Source: Sedimentisphaerales bacterium | GTDB lineage: Bacteria; Planctomycetota; Phycisphaerae; Sedimentisphaerales; Anaerobacaceae | NCBI GenBank assembly: GCA_963708075.1 | Contig: OY970194.1 | Coordinates: 608,001-672,000, forward strand | Reading direction: 5' to 3' | DNA: 64,000 bases | Shown here: piece by piece, positions 1 through 9,433 of the stretch | How the letters are laid out: every line of letters begins with the position of its first letter | How positions within the stretch are numbered: the first letter of the stretch is position 1 | Translations under genes and position numbers: made by a program | The notes under the pieces: model-generated | Databases searched by the model: none | Seen by the model: the letters and a program-made list of their open reading frames with translations, nothing else | Told to the model about the DNA's origin: nothing

Positions 1-1051
1 CGTCGTAGATTTGCCAACCGCCTCCGTGCCGGCCAAGGTACATCATGCCCTTCGTCCCCAGGACCTCGATCCTCGTGGCGCAGAACGGCCAATCGGGGAA
101 CAGATCACCATCGCGGATGTTCGTCGCTATCTTCTTCATATAGGGCGTCCAGAGCGCGGACTCGAAGAGGAGCGTGAAGTTCCTGTAATCGAAAAGGGCT
201 AGTTGCGTGTCGGGGATCTCGCGACCGTCACGCAAGGCTCGAACGCCGCCGCTGTGGGCTACCGTGTCCGGGTAGGGCTTGTCGCCGAAGAGCGTGCGCG
301 CTAAGTCCAACTGGTGAATGGCATCGCCCGGGATCGGGCCGCAGCTATATTCCCACTGGTTCAACCATGATCGGCTGGGGTTGTACGGCAGCTTCGGCGC
401 GGGGCCGCACCAGAGATCGTAGTCGAATCCCTGCGGCACCGGCTGGACAGACCCCTCCCTCATCGGTGAATGCTGCATCATGTTGAACACCCGGATCAAG
501 TGCACGTCCCCGAGTTTGCCGCTGCGGATTTGCTCCGCCGCATCCTTGGCATAGGGCGAGCTCCGCGTCTGCATGCCGACCTGGACGACGCGCTTGTACT
601 TGCGTGCCGCCTCGATCATCTTGCGCCCCTCCCACGCGTTGTGGGCGAGCGGCTTCTCCACGTACACGTCCTTGCCGGCCTGGCAGGCCAAGATCGTCCC
701 GAGCGCGTGCCAGTGGTCGGGTGTCGCGTTGATCAGGACGTCCACGTTCTTGTCATCGAGGATTCGCCGGAAGTCCTGCACCGCCTGCGGCTGCTTGCCC
801 TGTGCTTGCGTGACGGCCTGGCTCGCTTGCGGGAGTCGCCGGCTGTCCGGGTCGCTGAGGTAGGCAATCTCGACATCCTGACGAGCGGCAAACATCTTCG
901 TCAGTTGCGTTCCCCGACCGCCAAGTCCCATGACGCCGATAATGACTTTGTCGCTCGCTGCACGGCTCCGACGCTGCGGCAGCATCGCCGCCATCGTCGC
1001 CGCTCCGAGTGAGCCTCTCAAAAACTCCCTGCGATTCACCGGTCCCATCAT
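1..1051 (-). CDS. Gfo/Idh/MocA family oxidoreductase with Tat signal (C-terminus runs off the window)
   Basis: Read manually: MMGPVNRREFLRG...DKVIIGVMGLGGRG (twin-arginine motif plus Rossmann start); AAGGAG SD at 1055-1060; both ends of the frame agree. Confidence 0.85.
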   Translation of the reverse strand, partial: MMGPVNRREFLRGSLGAATMAAMLPQRRSRAASDKVIIGVMGLGGRGTQLTKMFAARQDVEIAYLSDPDSRRLPQASQAVTQAQGKQPQAVQDFRRILDDKNVDVLINATPDHWHALGTILACQAGKDVYVEKPLAHNAWEGRKMIEAARKYKRVVQVGMQTRSSPYAKDAAEQIRSGKLGDVHLIRVFNMMQHSPMREGSVQPVPQGFDYDLWCGPAPKLPYNPSRSWLNQWEYSCGPIPGDAIHQLDLARTLFGDKPYPDTVAHSGGVRALRDGREIPDTQLALFDYRNFTLLFESALWTPYMKKIATNIRDGDLFPDWPFCATRIEVLGTKGMMYLGRHGGGWQIYD

Positions 1052-1106
1052 ATTCTCCTTGATCTATACTCTTTGACGTTATTGAGCCTCAGACGGCCAA
1101 TCCGAC

Positions 1107-1196
1107 TCTCCGGGTGGCAGCGTCAAAGCCGAAGGCCTTGGCGATGGCGTTCTGTAAGCGGCCGTAAGACCATCGCTTGACGCTGCCACCCGGAGA
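1107..1196. repeat. REP-like palindromic element
   Basis: Perfect 20-bp inverted repeat TCTCCGGGTGGCAGCGTCAA (1107-1126) / TTGACGCTGCCACCCGGAGA (1177-1196) with inner GCGATGG/CCATCGC stem. Confidence 0.75.
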
Positions 1197-1215
1197 TCAA
1201 TAAACAGCTCAGCCT

Positions 1216-2544
1216 CTACCTGGCCTTTGATGCACGCTTATCCTCGATCTGCACCTTTGTCTGGATCGTATTGTCCTGCAAATCCAGCTTGCCGACCCGT
1301 TCCTCCACGAGGATGCCGATATCCGGGCTCTCACTGCCGCTTTGTCGGGTGTCCCGTATGGTGTTTCTGACGAACGTCAGGTCGTTCACTTCACCGCGGA
1401 TTCGGATTTCCGCACCGCCGTTGTTCTCGATGGTGTTCTCCTCCAGGCGATTGCGGTGCGGGGCCATGCCGAGTGACTCGTTGCGGAAGAACACCCCGTG
1501 CTGCTTGTTCAGCCGGACCGTGTTGTGGCGGAGCAGGTTGTCGGAATCCTTGTGGCCGATGGAGATTCCGAACTGGCCGTTTCCTTCGAGAAGGTTGTCC
1601 TCGAAGATGCCGTGACGCACCCGCCAGCAGAGGAACAGTCCATCGGTTCCGTTTCGCCGTGCCGTGCAGTTGCGGACCGTCGGCCTTTGCGAGCCGCTGC
1701 CGGGATGAATTCCTAGGGCGGCATTGTCTTCGCTGACGCAATCCGTGACCATGACGTCGTTGGATTGCTGGAAGCTGATGCCGTCGCCGTTGTAGTTCCG
1801 GACCGTGCAGCCGCTGATGACAGTCCCGAACGCGCGATAGAGGAAGATACCCGCTCCCCGGCAGCCGTTGAGAGGCACATTGGCCTCCTTGTTGCCCTCG
1901 ATGGTGAGGTTCTCGATCCGCACGCCCTCGGTGTCGTACGCGCTGACCACCGGGAAGACGGTTGCCGCCTTGGCGCCGCCATCCACCATGCAGTCGGCCA
2001 TGAGCAGCTTGCTGATAGAGAAGGTATTGCCGTTCTGCCCGGTGATGCGGGCGACAGTCGTGTGAAAGCCACCGGCATTCTTATCCCAGATTGCGACGCC
2101 GCAACCTGCCGCGAATCCGTTCGGGTCCTCAAGCGTGATCTGTTCCTCTCCGAAATCGCCATCAATGGCCAGGGCACAGACGGCCCCGGCGGCTTTTCGC
2201 AGGATGGTCTTGTCTTTGACGCCCCGGACGGTGACGTTCGGCCGCAGGTGCAGTGAATCGTGCATCATATACTCGCCCTCGCCGATCTCGACCGTGCCGC
2301 CTCCGAGCCCCGCCACATAATCCACGGCTGCCTGCAAGGCCCGGTTGTCGTTCCCGACCAGGTCCGCGTTCTTCAAGCCCACAGTGACGCGCGGAAGCTC
2401 GGCCATTGCGGAGTGCATCGCTCCTTGCACCTGTCTTTCCTGCGGCTTTGGTGAAAAGTCACGAGCCTCATTTCCTGCCGTCAGAGCGCAGACGGAGATA
2501 CATAGAATCGTCGCGACCAATGGGATGCGGGTCCTGCACGTCAT
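1216..2544 (-). CDS. Secreted right-handed parallel beta-helix (pectin lyase-fold) protein
   Basis: Signal peptide, 'ALQAAVD..GGGTVEIGEGEY' cap, repeated N..xGI / I..N.I beta-helix rungs. Confidence 0.8.
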   Translation of the reverse strand: MTCRTRIPLVATILCISVCALTAGNEARDFSPKPQERQVQGAMHSAMAELPRVTVGLKNADLVGNDNRALQAAVDYVAGLGGGTVEIGEGEYMMHDSLHLRPNVTVRGVKDKTILRKAAGAVCALAIDGDFGEEQITLEDPNGFAAGCGVAIWDKNAGGFHTTVARITGQNGNTFSISKLLMADCMVDGGAKAATVFPVVSAYDTEGVRIENLTIEGNKEANVPLNGCRGAGIFLYRAFGTVISGCTVRNYNGDGISFQQSNDVMVTDCVSEDNAALGIHPGSGSQRPTVRNCTARRNGTDGLFLCWRVRHGIFEDNLLEGNGQFGISIGHKDSDNLLRHNTVRLNKQHGVFFRNESLGMAPHRNRLEENTIENNGGAEIRIRGEVNDLTFVRNTIRDTRQSGSESPDIGILVEERVGKLDLQDNTIQTKVQIEDKRASKAR

Positions 2545-2650
2545 CGCTGGCCTCCCGAAAAAGCGGTTCTGTTGTCGGCCGTGGACTGTTACGCCAAATC
2601 GGGAGTGATTATGGAACCACGGAATACGTTTGTCAACGTTAGACGAATTC

Positions 2651-2679
2651 TTGACAAGTGGAGTTGGCCGGAGTACACG
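2651..2679 (+). promoter_or_regulatory. Putative sigma70 promoter of epimerase-DHDPS operon
   Basis: TTGACA-17nt-TACACG. Confidence 0.4.
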
Positions 2680-2719
2680 AGGCAGTGGAAATCTGCCGTG
2701 CTTCGGAGATCATTTGTCT

Positions 2720-3739
2720 ATGACAGACTTAGTCAGCGTGGATGAACGTGGGCTGGAAGGATTGCTTAGCGAGCCCGGTGCAGCCACCCGCGAGACCCTG
2801 AGCAAACTCAGTGGCGATATCGTCGTTCTGGGGGCGGGCGGCAAGATGGGGCCGACGCTGGCGATGATGCTGAAGAAGGCGGCGCCCGACAAGAAGATCT
2901 ACGCTGTGTCACGATTCAGTGATGGCCGGGTGAGGAATTGCATCGAAGAGAGCGGGATCGAGATCGTCGAGGCGGACCTGCTCGACGAATCCGTCTATGA
3001 CCATTTGCCCGATGTCCCGAACGTCTTCTTCCTGGCGGGGATGAAATTCGGCGCCGCGGGCAACCAGCCTCTCACGTGGGCCATGAACGCCTATGTGCCG
3101 GCTCTTGTTGCACGGAGGTACCGCCGGTCCCGAATTGTAGCCCTTTCGACCGGCAACGTTTATCCGTTCGTTGGTCTGCGAAGCGGCGGCTCCCGCGAGC
3201 AGGACACACCTGGCCCGGTCGGCGAATACGCGCAGTCGTGTCTCGCCCGTGAGAGAATCTTTCAGCATTTCTCCGAGCGCTTCGCCACGCCTGTGACCTT
3301 GATCCGGCTCAACTATGCCAACGAGCCGCGTTACGGCATCATCGTCGATTTGACGCTCAAGATTCTGCACGGCGACCCTATCGATGTCACTATGGGAGCT
3401 GTCAACTTGATCTGGCAAGCGGATGCCAACAAATACATCATTCGTGCGTCGAGTGTGGCCAAGAGCCCGCCGGCCATTCTGAACGTGACAGGCCCCGAGA
3501 CCGTGGCGATCCGCGACCTTGCCGGTCGGATTGGCCGACAGGTCGGCAGAGAGCCTCGCCTGGTTTCGCAGGAGGCGGTTACGGCGTTACTCTCAAACGC
3601 TTCAACCTGCTTTGAGACGTTCGGCCGTCCTGTGATGAGCCTGGACGATATGATCCGTGCCATTGTCCCATGGGTAGCCGCCGGCAAGCCGGTTCTGAGC
3701 AAGCCCACGAAGTACGGCGTGCGTGATGGTCGTTTCTGA
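2720..3739 (+). CDS. NAD-dependent epimerase/dehydratase family protein
   Basis: GAGGKMG Rossmann motif, STGNVY, YAQSC; GGAG SD before ATG 2720. Confidence 0.85.
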   Translation: MTDLVSVDERGLEGLLSEPGAATRETLSKLSGDIVVLGAGGKMGPTLAMMLKKAAPDKKIYAVSRFSDGRVRNCIEESGIEIVEADLLDESVYDHLPDVPNVFFLAGMKFGAAGNQPLTWAMNAYVPALVARRYRRSRIVALSTGNVYPFVGLRSGGSREQDTPGPVGEYAQSCLARERIFQHFSERFATPVTLIRLNYANEPRYGIIVDLTLKILHGDPIDVTMGAVNLIWQADANKYIIRASSVAKSPPAILNVTGPETVAIRDLAGRIGRQVGREPRLVSQEAVTALLSNASTCFETFGRPVMSLDDMIRAIVPWVAAGKPVLSKPTKYGVRDGRF

Positions 3740-3750
3740 GAGGATGTCCA

Positions 3751-4807
3751 ATGACTGAGGCGAAGGTCTTTGACAGGCTTCGAGCCGGCTGCGTCATTCC
3801 CGCCCATCCGCTTGCACTGACCGGCCAGAACAAGCTCGATGAACGATGCCAGAGAGCGTTGACACGGTACTACCTGGCTGCCGGCGCAGGGGGGCTGGCC
3901 GTAGGTGTGCATACAACCCAATTTGCCATTCACAATCCGACAGTTGGGCTCTATAAGCCTGTTCTGGAGTTGGCCATAGAGAACCTCGCGGTCGTGCGAA
4001 TCGGAACCGCCGATCATGATTGCCGGTCTGGTGGGAGATACGGCGAAGGCCGTCGGCGAAGCGCAATTGGCCGTGGAATTGGGCTACGATCTCGGCCTGC
4101 TCTCTCTCACGGCTCTGCGAGGCAAGTCGGTTGACGAGCTTATCGCCCACGCGATGCAGGTGGCCGATGTCATCCCTGTCATGGGCTTCTATCTGCAATC
4201 CGCGATCAGCCAGATGGTCCTGCCGAGAGAGTTCTGGTCCAGGCTGGTGGAGATACCGAATGTCCGGGCGATCAAGATCGCGCCCTTCAATCGTTATCAG
4301 ACGCTCGATGTGCTGGAGGCCGTGGCGCAATCCGGACGACAGGACGAAATCGCTCTGTACACCGGCAACGACGACAACATCATCATCGATCTTCTGACGC
4401 CGTACGTATTTCACACCGAGCGGGGCGAGGCATCGCTTCAGATCGTCGGAGGGCTGCTCGGGCAGTGGGCCTGCTGGACGAAAAGGGCGGTGGAACACCT
4501 GAAAGCGGTCCACGAGATTCGCAGGGCGAACAAGCCTGTCCCACAGGAGATGCTCACGCCGGCCGGTCAGATGACGCTCGCCAATAAGGCGATCTTCGAC
4601 GCCGACCACAATTTCGCCGGCTGTATCCCCGGCATATCCTATGTTCTGAGGCGGCAGGGGCTGATGAGCCATATCGGCGTGCTGGACCCCGCCGACACGC
4701 TCTCGCCTGGGCAGATCGACAGAATCGATCGCGTCATCTGTGAGTACCCGCACCTGACCGACGACGAATTCGTCCAGGCCAACCTGGACAAGTGGCTCTC
4801 GCCTTAA
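3751..4807 (+). CDS. Dihydrodipicolinate synthase (class I aldolase) family protein, frameshifted at ~3982
   Basis: ORFs 3751-4134 (VIPAHPLAL, VGVHTTQF) and 4016-4807 (GFYLQ, AIKIAPF Schiff-base Lys) join into one protein if one base is removed at GAGAACC 3979-3985. Confidence 0.8.
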
Positions 4808-5901
4808 AGCCTATGGGCCTTCCGCGAGCGCAGGACCTTGATAATCTTGTTATTGGCGGCGGGGAAGGCGTATCGGCCCAGGTCGCCCGGGCGTACCCAC
4901 TTGAAGTCGGCGCAGGTGATACAGCGGGGCTCGCCCGAGATCCAGGAGCACTCAAATGCGTGAATCCGGACGCGAAAGTGGGAATAGGTGTGATCCACGA
5001 CGGTAAGCGGCCGCTCAACCCGAATTCTGATGGCGAGTTCCTCTTGAACTTCCCGAAGTAGCGCGGCTTCGAGGGACTCTCCGGATTCTCTTTTGCCGCC
5101 CGGGAATTCCCAGAGGCCGCCGAGCAGACCCTCGGGTTTACGTTTGTCGATCAGAATCCGGCCGGCCTTGTAGATCACGCCGACGACGACGGTATGGATG
5201 GGCAGCGGTTTCTTGGGGATGCGCGTCGGCAGGGAGAGCTGTTCGCCGTGGCGTTTGGCTTGGCAAACCCGGCTCAGCGGACAATCCCCGCACTGCGGAT
5301 TACGGGGCGTGCAGACCTCAGCGCCTATTTCCATCAAGGCCTGGTTGAACAGGCCGGGGTTCTTCGCGGGCACCAGGTCGCCGGCGATGGACCAGAGCAT
5401 TTTCTGAACCACGCTATCTTTCGGATTGCCGTGAATGCGGAAGACCCGGCACAGGACTCGCTCGATGTTGCCATCCACGATGGGGGCGCGCTCGTCGAAC
5501 GCGTTGCTGGCAATGGCGCCGGCGGTGTAACGGCCGATGCCCGGCAGGGTGAGCAGTTCAGCCGCTGTCCGGGGGAATCGCCCGTCGAATCGTTCGATGA
5601 TCCCCCCGGCCGCGAGGTGCAGGTTGCGGGCACGCGAGTAGTAGCCGAGCCCCTCCCACAGCTTGAGGATCGTATCGAGTCGAGCGCGGGCAAGGCTCTC
5701 GACCGTCGGAAATCGCTTCAGGAATCGCTCGTAGTACGGCACGACGGTCGAGACCCGCGTCTGCTGGAGCATGATCTCGGAGACCCAGATCGCGTACGGG
5801 TCCTTGGTCTTTCGCCAGGGCAGATCGCGCCCGTGCTCAGCGAACCAGCGGAGAAGGGTTTTTGGTATCTCGGTGCGTTTCAGTATTTCTCGCTTCCTCA
5901 A
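4804..5901 (-). CDS. mutY: A/G-specific adenine glycosylase with C-terminal Nudix domain
   Basis: WVSEIMLQQT, HhH LPGIGRYTA, VDGN, CTPRNPQCGDCPLSRVC Fe-S motif, Nudix box. Confidence 0.95.
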   Translation of the reverse strand: MRKREILKRTEIPKTLLRWFAEHGRDLPWRKTKDPYAIWVSEIMLQQTRVSTVVPYYERFLKRFPTVESLARARLDTILKLWEGLGYYSRARNLHLAAGGIIERFDGRFPRTAAELLTLPGIGRYTAGAIASNAFDERAPIVDGNIERVLCRVFRIHGNPKDSVVQKMLWSIAGDLVPAKNPGLFNQALMEIGAEVCTPRNPQCGDCPLSRVCQAKRHGEQLSLPTRIPKKPLPIHTVVVGVIYKAGRILIDKRKPEGLLGGLWEFPGGKRESGESLEAALLREVQEELAIRIRVERPLTVVDHTYSHFRVRIHAFECSWISGEPRCITCADFKWVRPGDLGRYAFPAANNKIIKVLRSRKAHRL

Positions 5902-6308
5902 CTCTGGGCGGGCTGCCCGATTTGATCCTTCTTTCGATACACCATTCCTTCGAAGCTGGCGACAAGCTCATCGGAGTCATCGGTCACACGGATCGAATAG
6001 GTCGCCAGCTTGGGATTGCAGGACACCTCTTTCGCCTCGGCGAATAGGGTGCCTTGCTTAGCCGCCTTGACGAACCAGATGCTCGCGTTGATGGCTACGG
6101 CCACCGTGCCATGCGAGTTCGAGGCCGCCGCAAATACCAGATCGGCCAGGGTGAAAATGGCGCCGCCGTGAACGAGATTCACGCCGTTGAGATGGCTGTC
6201 GTTGATCGCCATCTTCGCCTTTGCGTACCCCTTGCCGATATCGAGCAGCTCGATGCCGCTGTGCCGTGCGAATCGGTCGTTCTTGAAGAAGTCCCAGATT
6301 GCCTTCAT
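5898..6308 (-). CDS. paaI: PaaI family hotdog-fold thioesterase
   Basis: HLNGVNLVHGGAIFTLAD motif; lies near paaK genes. Confidence 0.85.
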   Translation of the reverse strand: MKAIWDFFKNDRFARHSGIELLDIGKGYAKAKMAINDSHLNGVNLVHGGAIFTLADLVFAAASNSHGTVAVAINASIWFVKAAKQGTLFAEAKEVSCNPKLATYSIRVTDDSDELVASFEGMVYRKKDQIGQPAQS

Positions 6309-6329
6309 GACGAACCCATTTCCTTTTGC

Positions 6330-6396
6330 GATTTACGATTTATGATTTACTATTTACCCTCGCAAATAATAAATCATAAGTCATAAATAGTAAATT
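6330..6396. repeat. Inverted heptamer array (GATTTAY x4 / RTAAATM-like x5)
   Basis: gatttac gatttat gatttac tatttac ... ataaatc ataagtc ataaata gtaaatt between divergent genes. Confidence 0.8.
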
Positions 6397-6403
6397 CTCA
6401 GGT

Positions 6404-7207
6404 ATGGAACATCGAATCATAGACTTTCACGCTCACGCCTTTCCGGATGCGCTGGCGCCTCTCGCGATGAAGGTGCTGCTGGAAGAGGCGCCGGAGGTTC
6501 GGGCCTATCTCGACGGGACAGTTGCAGACTTGCTCAAATCGATGGACCGGGCCGGCATTGAGAAGAGTGTGATCTGCTGCATCGCGACCAGGCCGGAGCA
6601 GTTCGAGCCGATCCTCCGCTGGTGCACGCAGATTCGTTCGGAGCGGCTCATTCCCTTTCCATCGGTTCATCCCGCCGATCCCGCGTGCCTCGATGCCATC
6701 CGGCGCATCCGCGAAGAAGGGTTCCGGGGAATCAAGCTGCACCCGTACTACCAGGATTTCTTCGCCGATGAGGATCGGATGCTGCGTTTCTACGAGGAGG
6801 TGTCGCGACAGGACCTTCTCCTCGTCATGCACACGGGATACGACATCGCGTTTCCGAGGATTCGCCGGGCCGATCCGGAGAAGATCCTGCACATCAAGGA
6901 GGCTTTTCCGGCCCTGAAATTCATCGCCACACACCTCGGCGCCTGGCAGCAGTGGGACGAGGTGCGCAAGTATCTCATTGGCCGGGAGATCCACATGGAG
7001 ATTTCATTCGCGATGGATGACCTCGGCCGCGAGCGGACTCGCGAGATGATCACGGGTCATCCGGACGGATATATTCTGTTCGGCACCGATTCTCCATGGA
7101 AAGATCAAGCCGAGACGCTTTCCCTGCTGAAAAACCTGAATCTTCCGGAAGGGAATCTGAGGCGGATTCTGTCAGGCACTGCGTTGTCACTCCTGGGCTT
7201 GGCCTGA
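6404..7207 (+). CDS. Amidohydrolase family (amidohydro_2) TIM-barrel protein
   Basis: IIDFHAH, GIKLHP, MHTG, ATHLG, ILFGTDSPW. Confidence 0.9.
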   Translation: MEHRIIDFHAHAFPDALAPLAMKVLLEEAPEVRAYLDGTVADLLKSMDRAGIEKSVICCIATRPEQFEPILRWCTQIRSERLIPFPSVHPADPACLDAIRRIREEGFRGIKLHPYYQDFFADEDRMLRFYEEVSRQDLLLVMHTGYDIAFPRIRRADPEKILHIKEAFPALKFIATHLGAWQQWDEVRKYLIGREIHMEISFAMDDLGRERTREMITGHPDGYILFGTDSPWKDQAETLSLLKNLNLPEGNLRRILSGTALSLLGLA

Positions 7208-7776
7208 GGGATGGGCCGTTCTTGGTTCGACGCTAAGTGCATTTTAGACAATGGTTTACAGATCACATGAACCCTTGGGAGTGGGGGACGCGAGCGGATC
7301 TGCGGTCGAGCCGTCGCGACACAGCAGGGGTGAAGGTAGGGCGGATTTTACAATATTGTCCCAGAACATGCTTTCTTTTTGTGCTGATAACGCGCATAAT
7401 TCACCGATTATCATGGTTGGAGGCCGGTGTGTCATGTCACCGGCAGTAGCTGTCCGTGGACGGTATGAGGAGGTAGTGGGAGAAGAGTGTATGCGCGGAA
7501 TGTCGCGTGCGTGAGTTTTTGGCAGGCGTGTCCGGCCTGTCTCGCGTGCCCGGGTCCGATGCATGAAGGGGAGAAGAGAATCTCTTGTCAGACGACAGGC
7601 TGGTCTGATGGGCATTTACTTCATCTTTCTCCTCTTTCTTTTACCCACGCGGCCATGGATACAGCCAGTTTGTACAGATAACGTTGTCTGGACCGATGCT
7701 CCATGTGGACCCGGACGTTTTGTCGGGTGCATCTGGTCGACTGTATCAGGTACTGCGAGTGAAGAAGGAGACACAA

Positions 7777-9339
7777 ATGACGCAACAACAGTGGAAAGCC
7801 GGATTGATCGTGGCATTGCTGATGGCAATGACCGGCTCGGTGGCTTTGGCGGCTGCCGGCGCCGCTGCCCCGGCCAAAGAAGCAGCCCCAGCGACGGAAG
7901 CGGCCAAAGCAGCGCCGGCCGCGCCCGCGAAACCAACGCACACAGAGTTGTTCTGGCCCGAAGCATGGAACGCCTTTCACAACCCCACCGACTGGTTGAG
8001 CATGGGACTTGACCACCGGTTCAGGATTGAAGCCGGACGGAACTGGGATACCCTGAATAGTGATAGCATCACGGATGACTGGTGGTATGAGCGATATCGG
8101 ACGCGTTGGTGGACGAAAACGGTCCTCGGCGAGGACATCAGTTTCAACACGCGCCTCACATGGGAGTTCCGAACGTGGGATGAGCCCCACGCACAGAACA
8201 TCGTGGCGACGGAACAATTTGGCTTCCAGAAGTACGACCGGAATACGGATTTGGATGAAGCCCTGTTTGACTGGTTCAATTTCAACATCCGCAATATCGG
8301 CGGGCTGCCCTTGACGGCGACCATCGGCCGCCAGGACATGATATTCGGCGTCGGCTGGCTGGTTCTGGATGCCTCACCTCTGGATGGCTCCCGCACGGTA
8401 GGTATGTTCGATGCCGCTCGGTTTACTTATGACTGGACCGATGCGAGCACCAAGATCGACTTGGCGTATGTCAATCGAATGGCAGAATCCGATAAATTCC
8501 TGGAGCCCATCGATGATAAGAACCGCGCACTGACGGAGCAGGACGAGAACGGCGCCATTCTCTATTTGACCAACACGTCGTTCAAGCCCATCCAACTGGA
8601 GGGATTCTTCATCTACAGGAACGATAACCCGGTTGATAACCCCACGGAATTGAGCAACCTCGCTCCGATGTGGGGTGCGGATCAAGACATCTACACGTTC
8701 GGCGCCGCGATTGCCGGGACTTCCGGCGACCACTGGAAGTACCGGGCGGAAGGGGCTTTCCAGACGGGTACAACAGAGAGAAAGGCTTTGACGCCGCCGT
8801 TTGCCCTCGGCGATGAGCAGGACATCGAAGCATTCGGTGTCCTCACAAATCTGGAATATCTGTTCAAGGATGCGCATGAGAACGCCACCCACATCGGTTA
8901 TGAGTACGCCTCGGGTGACGATCCTGACTCGGATGACTTCGAGCAGTTCAATCTCCTCTGGGGTGAGTGGCCACGATGGAGTGAGTTGCTGATCTACACC
9001 TACACCATGGAGACAGAGCCGTCCAATACGACGAACCTGCACCGTGCAAACATCGGCCACAGGATCAACCTGAGCAAGCAGTGGACGTTCACCGTGGACT
9101 ACCATGCTTTGTGGTCCGATCGGCCGGGCAACCCGTGGAGAACGGGTGCCAATGGCATCAACGTCGATGGCAGCAGTGAGTTCCGCGGCTCTCTGGTTAC
9201 CGCATGGGCCAGGTACAAGTTCAGCGATCAGCTCTACGGCCATATCCTGGGCGAGTATTTCACGCCCGGCGACTATTACGTGAACCCAAGCGGCGATGAT
9301 GCCTATTTCTTCCGGTTCAACCTGGAATACATCTTCTAA
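7777..9339 (+). CDS. Outer-membrane beta-barrel, alginate export (AlgE-like) family
   Basis: Signal peptide with Ala/Pro linker, 'TIGRQDMIFG', 'YEYASGDD', C-terminal FNLEYIF barrel signal; AAGGAG SD. Confidence 0.8.
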   Translation: MTQQQWKAGLIVALLMAMTGSVALAAAGAAAPAKEAAPATEAAKAAPAAPAKPTHTELFWPEAWNAFHNPTDWLSMGLDHRFRIEAGRNWDTLNSDSITDDWWYERYRTRWWTKTVLGEDISFNTRLTWEFRTWDEPHAQNIVATEQFGFQKYDRNTDLDEALFDWFNFNIRNIGGLPLTATIGRQDMIFGVGWLVLDASPLDGSRTVGMFDAARFTYDWTDASTKIDLAYVNRMAESDKFLEPIDDKNRALTEQDENGAILYLTNTSFKPIQLEGFFIYRNDNPVDNPTELSNLAPMWGADQDIYTFGAAIAGTSGDHWKYRAEGAFQTGTTERKALTPPFALGDEQDIEAFGVLTNLEYLFKDAHENATHIGYEYASGDDPDSDDFEQFNLLWGEWPRWSELLIYTYTMETEPSNTTNLHRANIGHRINLSKQWTFTVDYHALWSDRPGNPWRTGANGINVDGSSEFRGSLVTAWARYKFSDQLYGHILGEYFTPGDYYVNPSGDDAYFFRFNLEYIF

Positions 9340-9397
9340 AGCGTCACGGCCGCGTGATGAGGAGACGGAAAACCGCATGGTCTGCGGGTGATTTTTC

Positions 9398-9425
9398 TTG
9401 GATCAACATGAGATGTACTTATAAT
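9398..9425 (+). promoter_or_regulatory. Putative sigma70 promoter for iorA operon
   Basis: TTGGAT-16nt-TATAAT; ATG 8 nt downstream of the -10 box. Confidence 0.5.
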
Positions 9426-9433
9426 AGAGCCCT

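Noticed and set aside
470..1012. Long antisense or alternate-frame ORFs throughout (e.g. 470-1012, 11285-12748, 40065-41540, 47443-48912, 61087-62865)
   Set aside because: Shadow ORFs typical of high-GC DNA, lying opposite well-supported genes and lacking recognisable motifs
3979..3985. Programmed +1 frameshifting at GAG-AAC-C
   Set aside because: The same in-frame sequence occurs in intact genes (e.g. ~12816, ~14692, ~63493) and the three affected genes are functionally unrelated; an artefact is more parsimonious
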